Shown one piece after another: positions 29,961 to 39,668 of a stretch of 64,000 nt of DNA (its first letter is position 1; each line of letters begins with the position of its first letter). This stretch comes from Verrucomicrobiota bacterium (GTDB taxonomy: Bacteria > Verrucomicrobiota > Verrucomicrobiia > Limisphaerales > AAA164-E04): NCBI GenBank assembly GCA_047947115.1, contig CP170459.1, positions 4,352,001-4,416,000 on the forward strand. The letters run 5' to 3'. Both the position numbers and the translations under genes were made by a program. Under the pieces are notes generated by a model. The model did no database searches and was not told where the DNA came from. It was given only the letters and a program-made list of their open reading frames with translations.

Positions 29961-32096
29961 TCATATTGTCTGAATAGGCGCTTCAGGGATGGCATCCAGA
30001 AACCGTTGTCCATAACGTTTCAACAAGACGCGATTGTCCAGCACCGCCACGATGCCATGGTCGTTCTGGGTTCGGATCAATCGCCCGATGCCCTGCCTGA
30101 ATTTCAGGATGGCTTCAGGCAATGAATACTCAAAAAATGCGTCCCCTCCACGTGCAGCAATGCGTTCGACACGCGCTTCGGTCAATGGATGATCGGGGAC
30201 CGCAAACGGCAAGCGGGTAATGATCACGTTCTGAAGCGAATCGCCCGGTACATCCACTCCTTGCCAGAAACTGTCGGCACCAAACAACACCGATGACTCG
30301 TCCTCCTTGAAATGTTCGAGCATGGTGGAACGAGGTAGCCCGGTTCCCTGGACATACAAGGTGATGCCTTTGGATTCAAAGTATGGCAGCATTTCCTCAC
30401 CGATGTCCCGCATGAGCTTCAGGTTGGTGAAAAGCACGAAAGCTCTCCCGCCGGTCATTTCAGTGAAGTGTTTGATCCAGTGACAAAGGCTGTCGCGATA
30501 AGCGTCGTCGCGGGGATCGGCCATTTTGGATACGACGTAGACCTTCATCTGGCGTTTGAAGTCAAAAGGCGACCCCAACTGCAACGTGCGTGCATCGTAT
30601 CCTCCGATTCTGGACACAAAATAGTCCATCCCCTGCCTTAACTTTCCCTTTCCGCCGCCATGGCCTGCCGGAGCTTGACCCGCCTTTGTTTCCGGCGCAT
30701 GGCCAGCCATGGACAAAGTGGCGCTGGCCATGATGATGGAGGTGCCGCTGTCAAACAGTCGATGTCGCAGGAATTCGGACACATCCACCGGGGCGGCATT
30801 CAAGGTGAGGTTTTGTCCGGTTCGGCCACCTCGTTCCACCCAGTAAACATACGGGTCGTATTCCTGGGTCAGGAACATGGCGATGGTTTCCTTCAATTCC
30901 GCGAGGCGCCGGTTGCAATCCTGCAATTCCTGTCCGATTTCCCGGTCGTCTGAGGTCTTGATCAATTCACTGATGGACGTTCGCAAACGCTGCAAGGGAA
31001 GCGTCAGGCAATCCTCCACCAGATCCGGACGACGAATGCGCAGTTCACGCCAGAATCCCGCAGACTTCCATCCACCTGCCCGGCCGGCGGATTCCTTCTT
31101 ATTGGATTCAAGGATTTCGTTGCAGGCTTCTTCCACTTCGCTGAAAAACGATTTGGCATGGGTATGGACATCGCTGACCTGCTGCACCACTTTTCCTTTT
31201 TGCAGCACGGACAGCAGACCTTTTTCGGTGGAAGGGTTCCACAGGCGATTGAGTGCGAAATGAATCTGAGCGCTGGAAATTCCAAGACCGATATGTCGCG
31301 AAGCCACCTGCTCAACCGTGTGGGCTTCGTCAAAAATGACAAAATCATTTCGGAACAAAACCCCGCCGTCACTGGGTTCTTCGACGGAATTCAACAGAGT
31401 GAAAAACAAGGTATGATTCAACACCACCACATCGGCCGTCATGATGCGTTGACGGGCTTTTTGGAAGAAGCAGACGTCATTGGTTTCGGCAAAATCGGAC
31501 TTGGGACCGCACATTTTAGGGGAACACAAGCCCCTTTCCGAACATACCTGCGACCAGACCTTCGGGTTGGGTTCTTCGTCAAAATCGGATAGACTGCCGT
31601 CGCCGGTTTCCCTGGCCCATTCCTGGATGCGCTGCAGTTCAGCGGTTTCGGGTGAGGTGAATAATCCGTCCGCCATCTGAAGCGCTTTGTGAAGTCGTTT
31701 GGTGCAAAGATAATTGTGCCTCCCTTTCAGCATGGTGTAGGAGAACTTGACCGGCAGCACCTTACTGAGCATGGGGAGATCTTTTTCGACCAACTGCTCC
31801 TGGAGATTAATGGTGTGGGTGCAGATGACCGCCCGTTTTCCTTCCGAAACAGCGAAGAGGATGGCGGGAATCAAATAACCAAGACTTTTGCCAACCCCGG
31901 TCCCAGCCTCGACAATCAAATGTTCCCGGTCACTGAGCGCCTGGGCGACCGCTTTGGCCATGGCTTGTTGCTCGGGTCGGTATTCAAAGTTTCGCGCTCC
32001 GGAGAGCAGTCCGCTTTCCGAAAAAATCGATTCAACCTGGCCCACCAACTCGTTGTTGCCCGGACCTGATGGTTCGCCATCCGAAACTCTGATCAT
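29961..32096 (-). CDS. DinG/YoaA-family ATP-dependent helicase with Fe-S cysteines
   Basis: EYRPEQ Q-motif, EAGTGVGKS, KGRHNYLC, DEAH, SAT, FWQGVDVPG and QGIGRLIR. Confidence 0.93.
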   Translation of the reverse strand: MIRVSDGEPSGPGNNELVGQVESIFSESGLLSGARNFEYRPEQQAMAKAVAQALSDREHLIVEAGTGVGKSLGYLIPAILFAVSEGKRAVICTHTINLQEQLVEKDLPMLSKVLPVKFSYTMLKGRHNYLCTKRLHKALQMADGLFTSPETAELQRIQEWARETGDGSLSDFDEEPNPKVWSQVCSERGLCSPKMCGPKSDFAETNDVCFFQKARQRIMTADVVVLNHTLFFTLLNSVEEPSDGGVLFRNDFVIFDEAHTVEQVASRHIGLGISSAQIHFALNRLWNPSTEKGLLSVLQKGKVVQQVSDVHTHAKSFFSEVEEACNEILESNKKESAGRAGGWKSAGFWRELRIRRPDLVEDCLTLPLQRLRTSISELIKTSDDREIGQELQDCNRRLAELKETIAMFLTQEYDPYVYWVERGGRTGQNLTLNAAPVDVSEFLRHRLFDSGTSIIMASATLSMAGHAPETKAGQAPAGHGGGKGKLRQGMDYFVSRIGGYDARTLQLGSPFDFKRQMKVYVVSKMADPRDDAYRDSLCHWIKHFTEMTGGRAFVLFTNLKLMRDIGEEMLPYFESKGITLYVQGTGLPRSTMLEHFKEDESSVLFGADSFWQGVDVPGDSLQNVIITRLPFAVPDHPLTEARVERIAARGGDAFFEYSLPEAILKFRQGIGRLIRTQNDHGIVAVLDNRVLLKRYGQRFLDAIPEAPIQTI

Positions 32097-32118
32097 AAAA
32101 GGTATGCTGAGTACCTCA

Positions 32119-32817
32119 TCAATACTCGCGAGGCCGCAACACCACCACATCCTGTTCGGCGCGATTTTTGACAATCATGTTGTCCGGCAAAATGCCACGC
32201 CAACAGACATTGGGGTAAACGATGGAATGGCGTCCGATCAAACTGCCGGGGTTGAGAACCGCATTGCATCCCACTTCCGCGTAGTCGCCGATGACTGCTC
32301 CCAGCTTCCTCATGCCGGTGTCGATTGGCATCCCCCTGGCATCGACGTCATCGATAAAAATGGTATCCTGAGTGAGCTTGAAGTTCGAAATTTTAACACC
32401 TGCGCCCAAATGGGCATGGGAACCCAATATGGAATCGCCGACATAGTTAAAATGAGGTGCCACGGCATGATTGAACAAAATGCTGTGTTTGATCTCGGTG
32501 GCATTGCCCACCACACAGTGATCGCCAATGATGACGTTTTCGCGGATGTAGGCATTGGCTCGAATCTGGCATTTTTTACCGATGATCGCAGGCCCCAGAA
32601 TGGTGGCCCCGGGTTCGACGACCGTCCCTTCGCCGATGAACACGTTTTCACCGATGAACCCGGGTTGGCCAATGGAAGTGTGCAACAACTCGGGTCGAAC
32701 CGTTTTCTCAACGTATTCCTTCAGCCCCTTCAGTCCTTCCCAAACGCGGGAAAGATCGGTAAACAAACTGGCGTGCTCTGTTTCCTCTAGATTTAAAAAA
32801 TGCTCCGGTCTCAGCAT
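32119..32817 (-). CDS. Stand-alone GlmU-type left-handed beta-helix acetyltransferase
   Basis: Hexapeptide repeats; VGNATEIK, PHFNYVGDSILG, HLGAG and KLGAVIGD...GCNAVLNPG; no nucleotidyltransferase domain. Confidence 0.85.
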   Translation of the reverse strand: MLRPEHFLNLEETEHASLFTDLSRVWEGLKGLKEYVEKTVRPELLHTSIGQPGFIGENVFIGEGTVVEPGATILGPAIIGKKCQIRANAYIRENVIIGDHCVVGNATEIKHSILFNHAVAPHFNYVGDSILGSHAHLGAGVKISNFKLTQDTIFIDDVDARGMPIDTGMRKLGAVIGDYAEVGCNAVLNPGSLIGRHSIVYPNVCWRGILPDNMIVKNRAEQDVVVLRPREY

Positions 32818-33060
32818 GGCGCACATCCTACGTATCCTCTGATCAATGAAAAGTGAAAACAGGTGCAGCAGCTTACAAAAATGACGAAAGTCGCTTGCAG
32901 CCGATGACGCCATTTTCTCGATATTGAGAAATCTCCGGACTCAGTGAGTAAATCTTTCACCCACCACAAACCCTGCACACAACATATCCAACTCTTTAAC
33001 AGAAACTTACACAAAACCACAACACAACCTCACAACAAAGAAATCCATTCAGTGTTGTTA

Positions 33061-33077
33061 TTGGCAGCTTTTTTGCT
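33061..33077 (+). promoter_or_regulatory. Candidate sigma-54 (-24/-12) promoter
   Basis: TTGGCAGCTTTTTTGCT has GG-N10-GC with TGGCA and TTGCT cores, just upstream of the plausible starts of the large surface protein. Confidence 0.5.
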
Positions 33078-33123
33078 ATGTCACACGAAGGAAATGATTA
33101 GGATTGGCACAGCTTGGAAGGAT

Positions 33124-36100
33124 ATGAGGATAGAATCTACATTCGAATCTCGAACAACCACAGGACACCGGTACAACCTTACAGGAGGGGTGTCTCTCAT
33201 GGCTTACATGATTTTGATCAGCCTGGCCCCATGCTTATCAGCCCAAAAACCGGCACCTTTCCCGGCTGCTCCAGTGGCATTTAAAGGCAAGGCGTCAGAA
33301 GGTAAAATTGAACTGTCATGGAACCACTCGTCGAGGCGCACCTTGACCGGGTTTGAATTGGAAAGATCCATTTCCCCTGAAAACCCCGAAGCACCGATCA
33401 GCCTGCCCATTGATGCGGATACTTATACAGATGAAAGGATCGTGGATGGCCTGTCCTACACCTATCACCTTTACGCAGTTCAGGGGGACACAAAAAGCGA
33501 ACCCGCCAGCCTCACCATCACGGGTATAGGAGCCTCCATTCCCACACCTACGGATCCACCACCAAGTCCCGAGCCCAATCCCAAACCCAGCCCCAATCCC
33601 AAACCGAATCAGGAAACCGATCCAACACCCGTCATCAAACCCCGCATCGTCCGGCAATCGGGATCGGCGGTACTGCTTCCAGGCGTTACGGCAACCTTGA
33701 TCATTGAAGCAGAAGGAACGGCTCCGTTGGAGTATCAGTGGTTTTACAACGGCATTGAACTTTCAAATGCCACGGAAGCATTTCTGCAAATAGGCAATTT
33801 CAACGCAGGCACCGTGGGAAACTACGTAGTGCGCGTGACAAATTCGGCGGGCTCCGTCCTTTCCAATTCCATGAGACTGGACCTGAATGCCAATCAAGGG
33901 CAAAGCATAGTGGAAATCACCTGGGACGCCAGGTTTGAAAGTGCCAACGGAAACAACAGCGAGCCCGTGGGCGTCTTCCACCAGGGGAGTGGAGCCCTTG
34001 TCGCCGGCACCTTCAACCAAAAGGACAGTGAGAACAGGGATTTTCTGGTCATTAGCTATGATTCCAGCGGGACACAGAATTGGGCCGTGCGTCCGACATT
34101 CAATGACAACAGTCAGGAAACAGCCGAACATGCTTTGATGGACGGCTCGGGGAACATCATCGTCGGGGGTGTCACACTGGTAAATCCGGCCGATTTGTTG
34201 GACGAAATATCCACTGACTTACCTCAAGGACCTGTTCAATTACCTTTCATCGCTTCAGTAGGAACCGGTGGCGGTATCAACTGGACCTTTACGCCCCCAG
34301 TCTCACCCAACGATATCGTGGAGACGGTTGACGTACAAATGGATCAAAGTGGAACACTTTACCTGCTGGCGAACATCTTCTCGGAAGCAGTTCAAGGCAT
34401 GGTGTTGCAGCCGATCGACATCAGGTCGGGAGAACCGGGTGAGCCCATCTGGTCGGATCCGAAGTCACCCTTTTTGGCGGAAGCCATGGCGGTTTCTGCA
34501 AATGGACGCATCTACGTTCTGGGTGTGTCGAGCACTAATGGGGGTGGATTGGAAGTAAGATGCTACCGTCCCAATGGGCGCATGGACTGGGCAACCAACC
34601 TCGCGAGCCTTGGCTATTCACTTTTTGCTCCGGATAACATCCTGTTGGACCCAAGAAATGCCCTCTATCTGATCGGCACCACTGTCAGCGCCGAAACCGG
34701 TGCCAACATTCAAATCATCCATTTGAATTCCGACGGTTCCAATCACTGGCAAAACCAGATATCCTTACAGGGCATGACAAACGAGATCCCTGAAGTTGCC
34801 ATCGTGGACTCAACCGGAGCCCTGATTGTTGCCGGCACAACAAGCGCCTCAAACTCGAACCCTCAAATCATCATAGGGAAATTTCTTCCGACGGGGGGTG
34901 CGGCATGGGCCAGCGCGATACCCGCCTCTTCACCGAACCAGCCGGATCAGGTAACGGACATCGACCTGGATGCGGGTGACAACATTTACCTTTCAGCCAT
35001 CCGGACCACCGCGGACTCCGGTCAGGACTTTGCATCGCTTGCCTTTTCCCCTACCGGTGCACTCGCCTATGAAACACGCTTCCAGGAACCGGGAAACACG
35101 TTTGAAGAAGCAACCCATATCGACTCGGATTCAAGCGGAAATGTCCTCATGACCGGCTACGCCATCGTGGACAACCAGCCGCAGATCATTACGGTCAGAC
35201 AGGCACCACGAGCCACCGAGCCCAATGAAATTCCCGAAGTAAGTTGGAACGATAAGTTTTTTAAAAAACCGGTGATAGCGCCGGGGAAATGGACTCTGGA
35301 ATTGGATGCAAAGGATCCTGACGGAAACATCACGAAGGTCGAATTCCTCGAAGGCCTGAACGTTTTGTCAACCGATACGGAAGCTCCCTTCACCTATGAA
35401 TTTTCTTCAGAAACAGCTGTCACACGACGCTTTTTTGCTCGCGCATTTGATGATCAAGGTGGGGTGACCATTTCAGACGTTCTGACGGTGGAAATCATCC
35501 TTCCCGCTGAACAAGGCCCGGTATTATCTCTGGCAATTGAAGACAAGATACTCACCGCCGGCTCCGACCTGACGCTGGATTATGGCGTAGTCGGCAATCA
35601 GCCACTGCGTTACCAGTGGTTTTTGAATGGCGAACGCTTGAAAGGAGCGGATCAGGAAACGCTCCCCATCCTTCCGGCGGTGACCAGAGCAAATTCTGGC
35701 AGCTACCAGTTACGCGTTGAGAACCGTGATGGCAAACGCTTTTCTGATCCGGTGACTGTCTCACTCGATTGGACAGTTCTGGATGGCGCGGACCAATTCA
35801 GCCAAGCCACCCCAATCACAGGAAACTCCGGCAATGTGCGCACATCCAACGACAACGCAACCCTGGAAGCAGGCGAACCAAGACACGCCAACAAACGGGG
35901 CGGAAAATCCATTTGGTACATCTGGCGTCCAGACGCATCGGGACTCGCCACCCTTTCCCTCCAGGGATCCAGCTTCGACACTTTGCTCTCCGTTTATGCC
36001 GGGAATGACATCACGCAATTAACCGAAGTAGAACGAGACGACGACCGCGGCGGCTTTTCCACCAGTGCCCTGCAGTTCAATGCACAAGCGGGTGTCGATT

Positions 36101-37173
36101 ATCTGATCGCCATTGACGGTTTCAACAATGCCAGTGGGAACATCCTTTTCAGTTGGGACCTCAATGTTGCCCAACTGGTCAGCATCCCCAGAGTCCGAAT
36201 CACACCCGAGAAAAACACAGTCAACCTCGGCGAACCTTACCAACTCACCGCGTCGGTCGCGGGCAACATCCAGAACGTCAATCTACAATGGGTGCACAAC
36301 GGCACGCCCGTCCCCGGGGCAACCGGCACAACATTGGATATCGCCGCTGCTACTCCTCTTGATGCGGGTGCCTACTGGATCACACTCGATGCCGGCGGCA
36401 ACAATGCCCGAACCCAACCCGCTCACTTGACGGTCAACGTTCCTCGCCGAGGTGGACGCATCATCCGAGAACTGGTATTGGAAGAAAAATTTGCGGACCT
36501 GTTCTTCAACATCCAGGACCTGCGCCCCGGACTGTTGTTCCAGCCTCAGCGAGTCGGCTCAGCATTCCGCACCCGTGCGGCGTCCCTTGCAACAGGATTT
36601 ACCGGAGCCCAAATCTTCAACACATTCGGTGCCACCAAGGAAGCCGGCGAGCCGGATCACTGCGGCATTCCCGGAGGTGCTTCCCAATGGTTCGCCTATG
36701 AAGCCCCGGCGGACGGCGATTTGACCATCAGCACCGACGGCAGCGATTTTGATACCGTCATGGCTGTCTACACCTCCTCTGGCAGCAGCTTTGCTGACCT
36801 CACCGAAGTGATCTGCGACAATGATAGCGGAGCAGATGGGCTGGACAGCCTGGTCACCTTTTCCGTAACAGCCGGCACGGTCTATTTCATCGCGGTCGAC
36901 GGAGTGGAAGCCGCCACCGGCACCGTCAACCTCGCCTATGAACTGGATGTGGGCATGAGCATCCAGAACCTCGGGCTCCAGAATGAAGGACTACAATTCG
37001 AAGTTCAGACGGTTCCCGGCCTCAACTTCCTCATTGAAGGAACCGAGGACATGATCCATTGGAGCATCCTGGAAAGCACCAGCTCGGTAGAAGGCACCTA
37101 CATCTACATCGACACCACTGCGTTGCCCGGAGTTGGAACACTTCGCTTCTACCGTGTCACGCCAGGAGAGTAA
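33124..37173 (+). CDS. Large secreted multidomain surface protein (FN3, Pro-rich linker, Ig domains, beta-propeller, PPC-like repeats, FYR C-terminal domain)
   Basis: FN3-like IELSW...YTYHLYAV; PEPNPKPSPNPKP linker; Ig motifs LEYQW...GNYVVRVTNSAG; repeated D..GN propeller motifs; two GS.FDT...Y.IA.DG repeats; ends LRFYRVTPGE. Start uncertain: 33094, 33124 or 33199. Confidence 0.85.
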   Translation: MRIESTFESRTTTGHRYNLTGGVSLMAYMILISLAPCLSAQKPAPFPAAPVAFKGKASEGKIELSWNHSSRRTLTGFELERSISPENPEAPISLPIDADTYTDERIVDGLSYTYHLYAVQGDTKSEPASLTITGIGASIPTPTDPPPSPEPNPKPSPNPKPNQETDPTPVIKPRIVRQSGSAVLLPGVTATLIIEAEGTAPLEYQWFYNGIELSNATEAFLQIGNFNAGTVGNYVVRVTNSAGSVLSNSMRLDLNANQGQSIVEITWDARFESANGNNSEPVGVFHQGSGALVAGTFNQKDSENRDFLVISYDSSGTQNWAVRPTFNDNSQETAEHALMDGSGNIIVGGVTLVNPADLLDEISTDLPQGPVQLPFIASVGTGGGINWTFTPPVSPNDIVETVDVQMDQSGTLYLLANIFSEAVQGMVLQPIDIRSGEPGEPIWSDPKSPFLAEAMAVSANGRIYVLGVSSTNGGGLEVRCYRPNGRMDWATNLASLGYSLFAPDNILLDPRNALYLIGTTVSAETGANIQIIHLNSDGSNHWQNQISLQGMTNEIPEVAIVDSTGALIVAGTTSASNSNPQIIIGKFLPTGGAAWASAIPASSPNQPDQVTDIDLDAGDNIYLSAIRTTADSGQDFASLAFSPTGALAYETRFQEPGNTFEEATHIDSDSSGNVLMTGYAIVDNQPQIITVRQAPRATEPNEIPEVSWNDKFFKKPVIAPGKWTLELDAKDPDGNITKVEFLEGLNVLSTDTEAPFTYEFSSETAVTRRFFARAFDDQGGVTISDVLTVEIILPAEQGPVLSLAIEDKILTAGSDLTLDYGVVGNQPLRYQWFLNGERLKGADQETLPILPAVTRANSGSYQLRVENRDGKRFSDPVTVSLDWTVLDGADQFSQATPITGNSGNVRTSNDNATLEAGEPRHANKRGGKSIWYIWRPDASGLATLSLQGSSFDTLLSVYAGNDITQLTEVERDDDRGGFSTSALQFNAQAGVDYLIAIDGFNNASGNILFSWDLNVAQLVSIPRVRITPEKNTVNLGEPYQLTASVAGNIQNVNLQWVHNGTPVPGATGTTLDIAAATPLDAGAYWITLDAGGNNARTQPAHLTVNVPRRGGRIIRELVLEEKFADLFFNIQDLRPGLLFQPQRVGSAFRTRAASLATGFTGAQIFNTFGATKEAGEPDHCGIPGGASQWFAYEAPADGDLTISTDGSDFDTVMAVYTSSGSSFADLTEVICDNDSGADGLDSLVTFSVTAGTVYFIAVDGVEAATGTVNLAYELDVGMSIQNLGLQNEGLQFEVQTVPGLNFLIEGTEDMIHWSILESTSSVEGTYIYIDTTALPGVGTLRFYRVTPGE

Positions 37174-37216
37174 TATTTGGATTTGATTTTCAGGCTGCAT
37201 CCCTGAGAATGCATTC

Positions 37217-38803
37217 ATGTTCCTGCGATTAATTTTGGCGTGGATGGCGTATGTCATCGGTGTGAATGCTGGGGTCGAACGCCCCAACATTCTGTTGATC
37301 ATGGCGGATGATCTGGGCTTCTCGGACCTTGGTTGCTACGGATCTGAAATCCAAACCCCCAACCTGGATCGACTCGCGCAATCAGGTCTGAGGTTCACAC
37401 AGTTCTACAACACAGCCAAATGTCACTCGTCCCGCGTGTCCTTGTTGACAGGTCTCTACTGTGACCAGGCGGGTTCGGAATCCTTGAGCCGGGGAGCCAC
37501 CATCGCCGAGGTACTGGGATCCGCCGGTTATTTCACCGCCATGTCAGGAAAATGGCATTTGAGCAAGCAACCCACCGACTTTGGTTTTGATCGCTACTGG
37601 GGACATTTGTCAGGTGCCGTCAATTTCTTCGTAGGAGACAATTCCTTCCGTTTGAACGGCGAAAAGTGGGAGGTGCCTGAAACCCTGAACGAAAAACCAT
37701 TTTACACCACCCACGCCATAACCGACTTCGCTCTGAATTTCCTCGACGAAGCCAGGCAGTCCGAAAAACCCTTTTTTCTTTATGTCGCTTACAATGCCCC
37801 TCATTACCCGTTGCAAGCTCCGGAAAAAGATGTCCTCAAGTATGACGGACAATACGATCAAGGATGGGATGAACTTCGCAAGCAGAGACATCAGCGTCAG
37901 GTGGCCTCAGGTCTTTTACCCGCCAGGTGGAAGTTATCCCCTCGCCCGGACCATGTCCCGGCCTGGAACGATGTCGAATCCTCTGAGAAATCCTGGGAAG
38001 CCGACCGCATGGAAGTCTTCGCCGCCATGGTGGATGTATTGGATCAGAATATTGGAAGACTTGTTCAAAAGCTGAAAGATCAGGGCGTCTATGATAACAC
38101 TTTGATTCTCTTTTGTTCGGATAACGGAGCCTGCCCGTTTGAAAGAACGAGAGGACGCTATCTCAAACCCTGGGATCCGGATTCCTACTGGACCTATGAC
38201 GCCAGCTGGGCGCACGCCGGAAACACCCCGTTTCGTCTATATAAACAAAACCAGCACGAAGGCGGCATCAGTTCTCCCATGATCGCTCACTGGCCCAAAG
38301 GGCTTAAGCTGAAATCAAGCGAAGGTATTCGAACACTCAACGATGGCAGTGTCGTCACCGATCAACCCGCCCACCTGATCGATGTCATGGCCACCGCGAT
38401 CGAACTCGGAGATGCCGAGTATCCATCACAAGTTGGTGAACGCAAAATCGATCCCCTGATGGGAAAATCGCTGGCGCCCATCTTCGAGGGCAACAAACGA
38501 GAACCTCACGAAACACTTTACTTCCATTTTGGCAATGACCGGGCGCTGCGACAGGGGCCATGGAAACTCGCATCAGCAAAACTCGGAAGCTGGGAACTCT
38601 ACAACCTGGATGAAGACCGCACCGAGCTCAATGATCTGTCAAAACGACATCCCGAACGAGTGGAAGCCATGGCGAGCGAATGGTTCCGGATCGCCAAAGA
38701 TGTCGAACGACTCAAAGCAAAACAAGTCGCCCCCGTCAAAGACAAGCGAACACCCTTGAATTTCCGCAGGAGCACCAAAACCGGTTCGGCAGCCAAGAAT
38801 TAA
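37217..38803 (+). CDS. Arylsulfatase (formylglycine-dependent S1 family), secreted
   Basis: RPNILLIMADDLG, CHSSRVSLLTG, GKWHL, APHYP, SDNG and ELYNLDED motifs. Confidence 0.92.
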   Translation: MFLRLILAWMAYVIGVNAGVERPNILLIMADDLGFSDLGCYGSEIQTPNLDRLAQSGLRFTQFYNTAKCHSSRVSLLTGLYCDQAGSESLSRGATIAEVLGSAGYFTAMSGKWHLSKQPTDFGFDRYWGHLSGAVNFFVGDNSFRLNGEKWEVPETLNEKPFYTTHAITDFALNFLDEARQSEKPFFLYVAYNAPHYPLQAPEKDVLKYDGQYDQGWDELRKQRHQRQVASGLLPARWKLSPRPDHVPAWNDVESSEKSWEADRMEVFAAMVDVLDQNIGRLVQKLKDQGVYDNTLILFCSDNGACPFERTRGRYLKPWDPDSYWTYDASWAHAGNTPFRLYKQNQHEGGISSPMIAHWPKGLKLKSSEGIRTLNDGSVVTDQPAHLIDVMATAIELGDAEYPSQVGERKIDPLMGKSLAPIFEGNKREPHETLYFHFGNDRALRQGPWKLASAKLGSWELYNLDEDRTELNDLSKRHPERVEAMASEWFRIAKDVERLKAKQVAPVKDKRTPLNFRRSTKTGSAAKN

Positions 38804-38826
38804 CCTGACCCATTAATTTCAACAAC

Positions 38827-39561
38827 ATGCACACATCCATCGTCCGATCACTCTGGATCATCCTGGCCATCGTTCTCACCGGACCACTCCTCTCTCAGGA
38901 CCAGTTGCCTGCGTTGAATCCAGAGAAAGGAATTCGATTCCACCCCGTCATACAACACATTGAAGGGTGGAAGATCCATATTCAGCCGGTGTTATTAAGA
39001 ACCGACGAAGGAAAGCAGTCCATCCGCATGTTGGCCGATCATTTGCATCGCATTTCCATCCTGATCCCGGAGGAGCCACTCAAGAAAATGCGGACATTGG
39101 AGATTTGGATTGAAGAGGACCACCCCACCCTTAAGTCAATGCAGTATCACCCCAGCCTGGGCTGGTTGGAAAACAACGGACACGATCCACGTCTGGCGAA
39201 GAAGGTGCATATCCCGGTTGCCGCTCATTTGCTTTCGCGCCAACAGCTCCTGAAACATCCCGCGGTCGTGCTGCACGAACTGGCACATGCCTACCATGAC
39301 CAGATTCTTGACTTCGATCACCCGGAGATTCTGGAAGCGTACAAAAAAGCGGAAGCAGCCGGAATATACGAAGAAGTTCTACTCTACACCGGAAAAAAAG
39401 TCCGCCACTACGGTCTCACCAATCACAAGGAATACTTTGCGGAAGCCACGGAAGCTTATTTTTACCGAAACGATTTTTACCCATTCGTCCGGGCCGAACT
39501 CGAACTACACGATCCAGCCATCCATAGGGTGCTGGAAAAAATATGGGGTGACGCGAGGTGA
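38827..39561 (+). CDS. Secreted zinc metallopeptidase-like protein
   Basis: Signal peptide; VLHELAHAYH (HExxH) and a downstream NHKEYFAE. Confidence 0.8.
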   Translation: MHTSIVRSLWIILAIVLTGPLLSQDQLPALNPEKGIRFHPVIQHIEGWKIHIQPVLLRTDEGKQSIRMLADHLHRISILIPEEPLKKMRTLEIWIEEDHPTLKSMQYHPSLGWLENNGHDPRLAKKVHIPVAAHLLSRQQLLKHPAVVLHELAHAYHDQILDFDHPEILEAYKKAEAAGIYEEVLLYTGKKVRHYGLTNHKEYFAEATEAYFYRNDFYPFVRAELELHDPAIHRVLEKIWGDAR

Positions 39562-39563
39562 AG

Positions 39564-39640
39564 AAAACACGAAGAATGACGAAGGTGAAACGGATCATTT
39601 CGTTCAAACAAATCTTCGCGTTTCTTCGTCGCTTGTGGTT
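39564..39640. repeat. Degenerate inverted repeat (ACGAAG/CTTCG-type) between convergent genes
   Basis: AAACACGAAGAATGACGAAG ... CTTCGCGTTTCTTCGTCGCTTGTGGTT. Confidence 0.45.
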
Positions 39641-39668
39641 GGAAAGAACACTTATCCAAGGATCTGAA

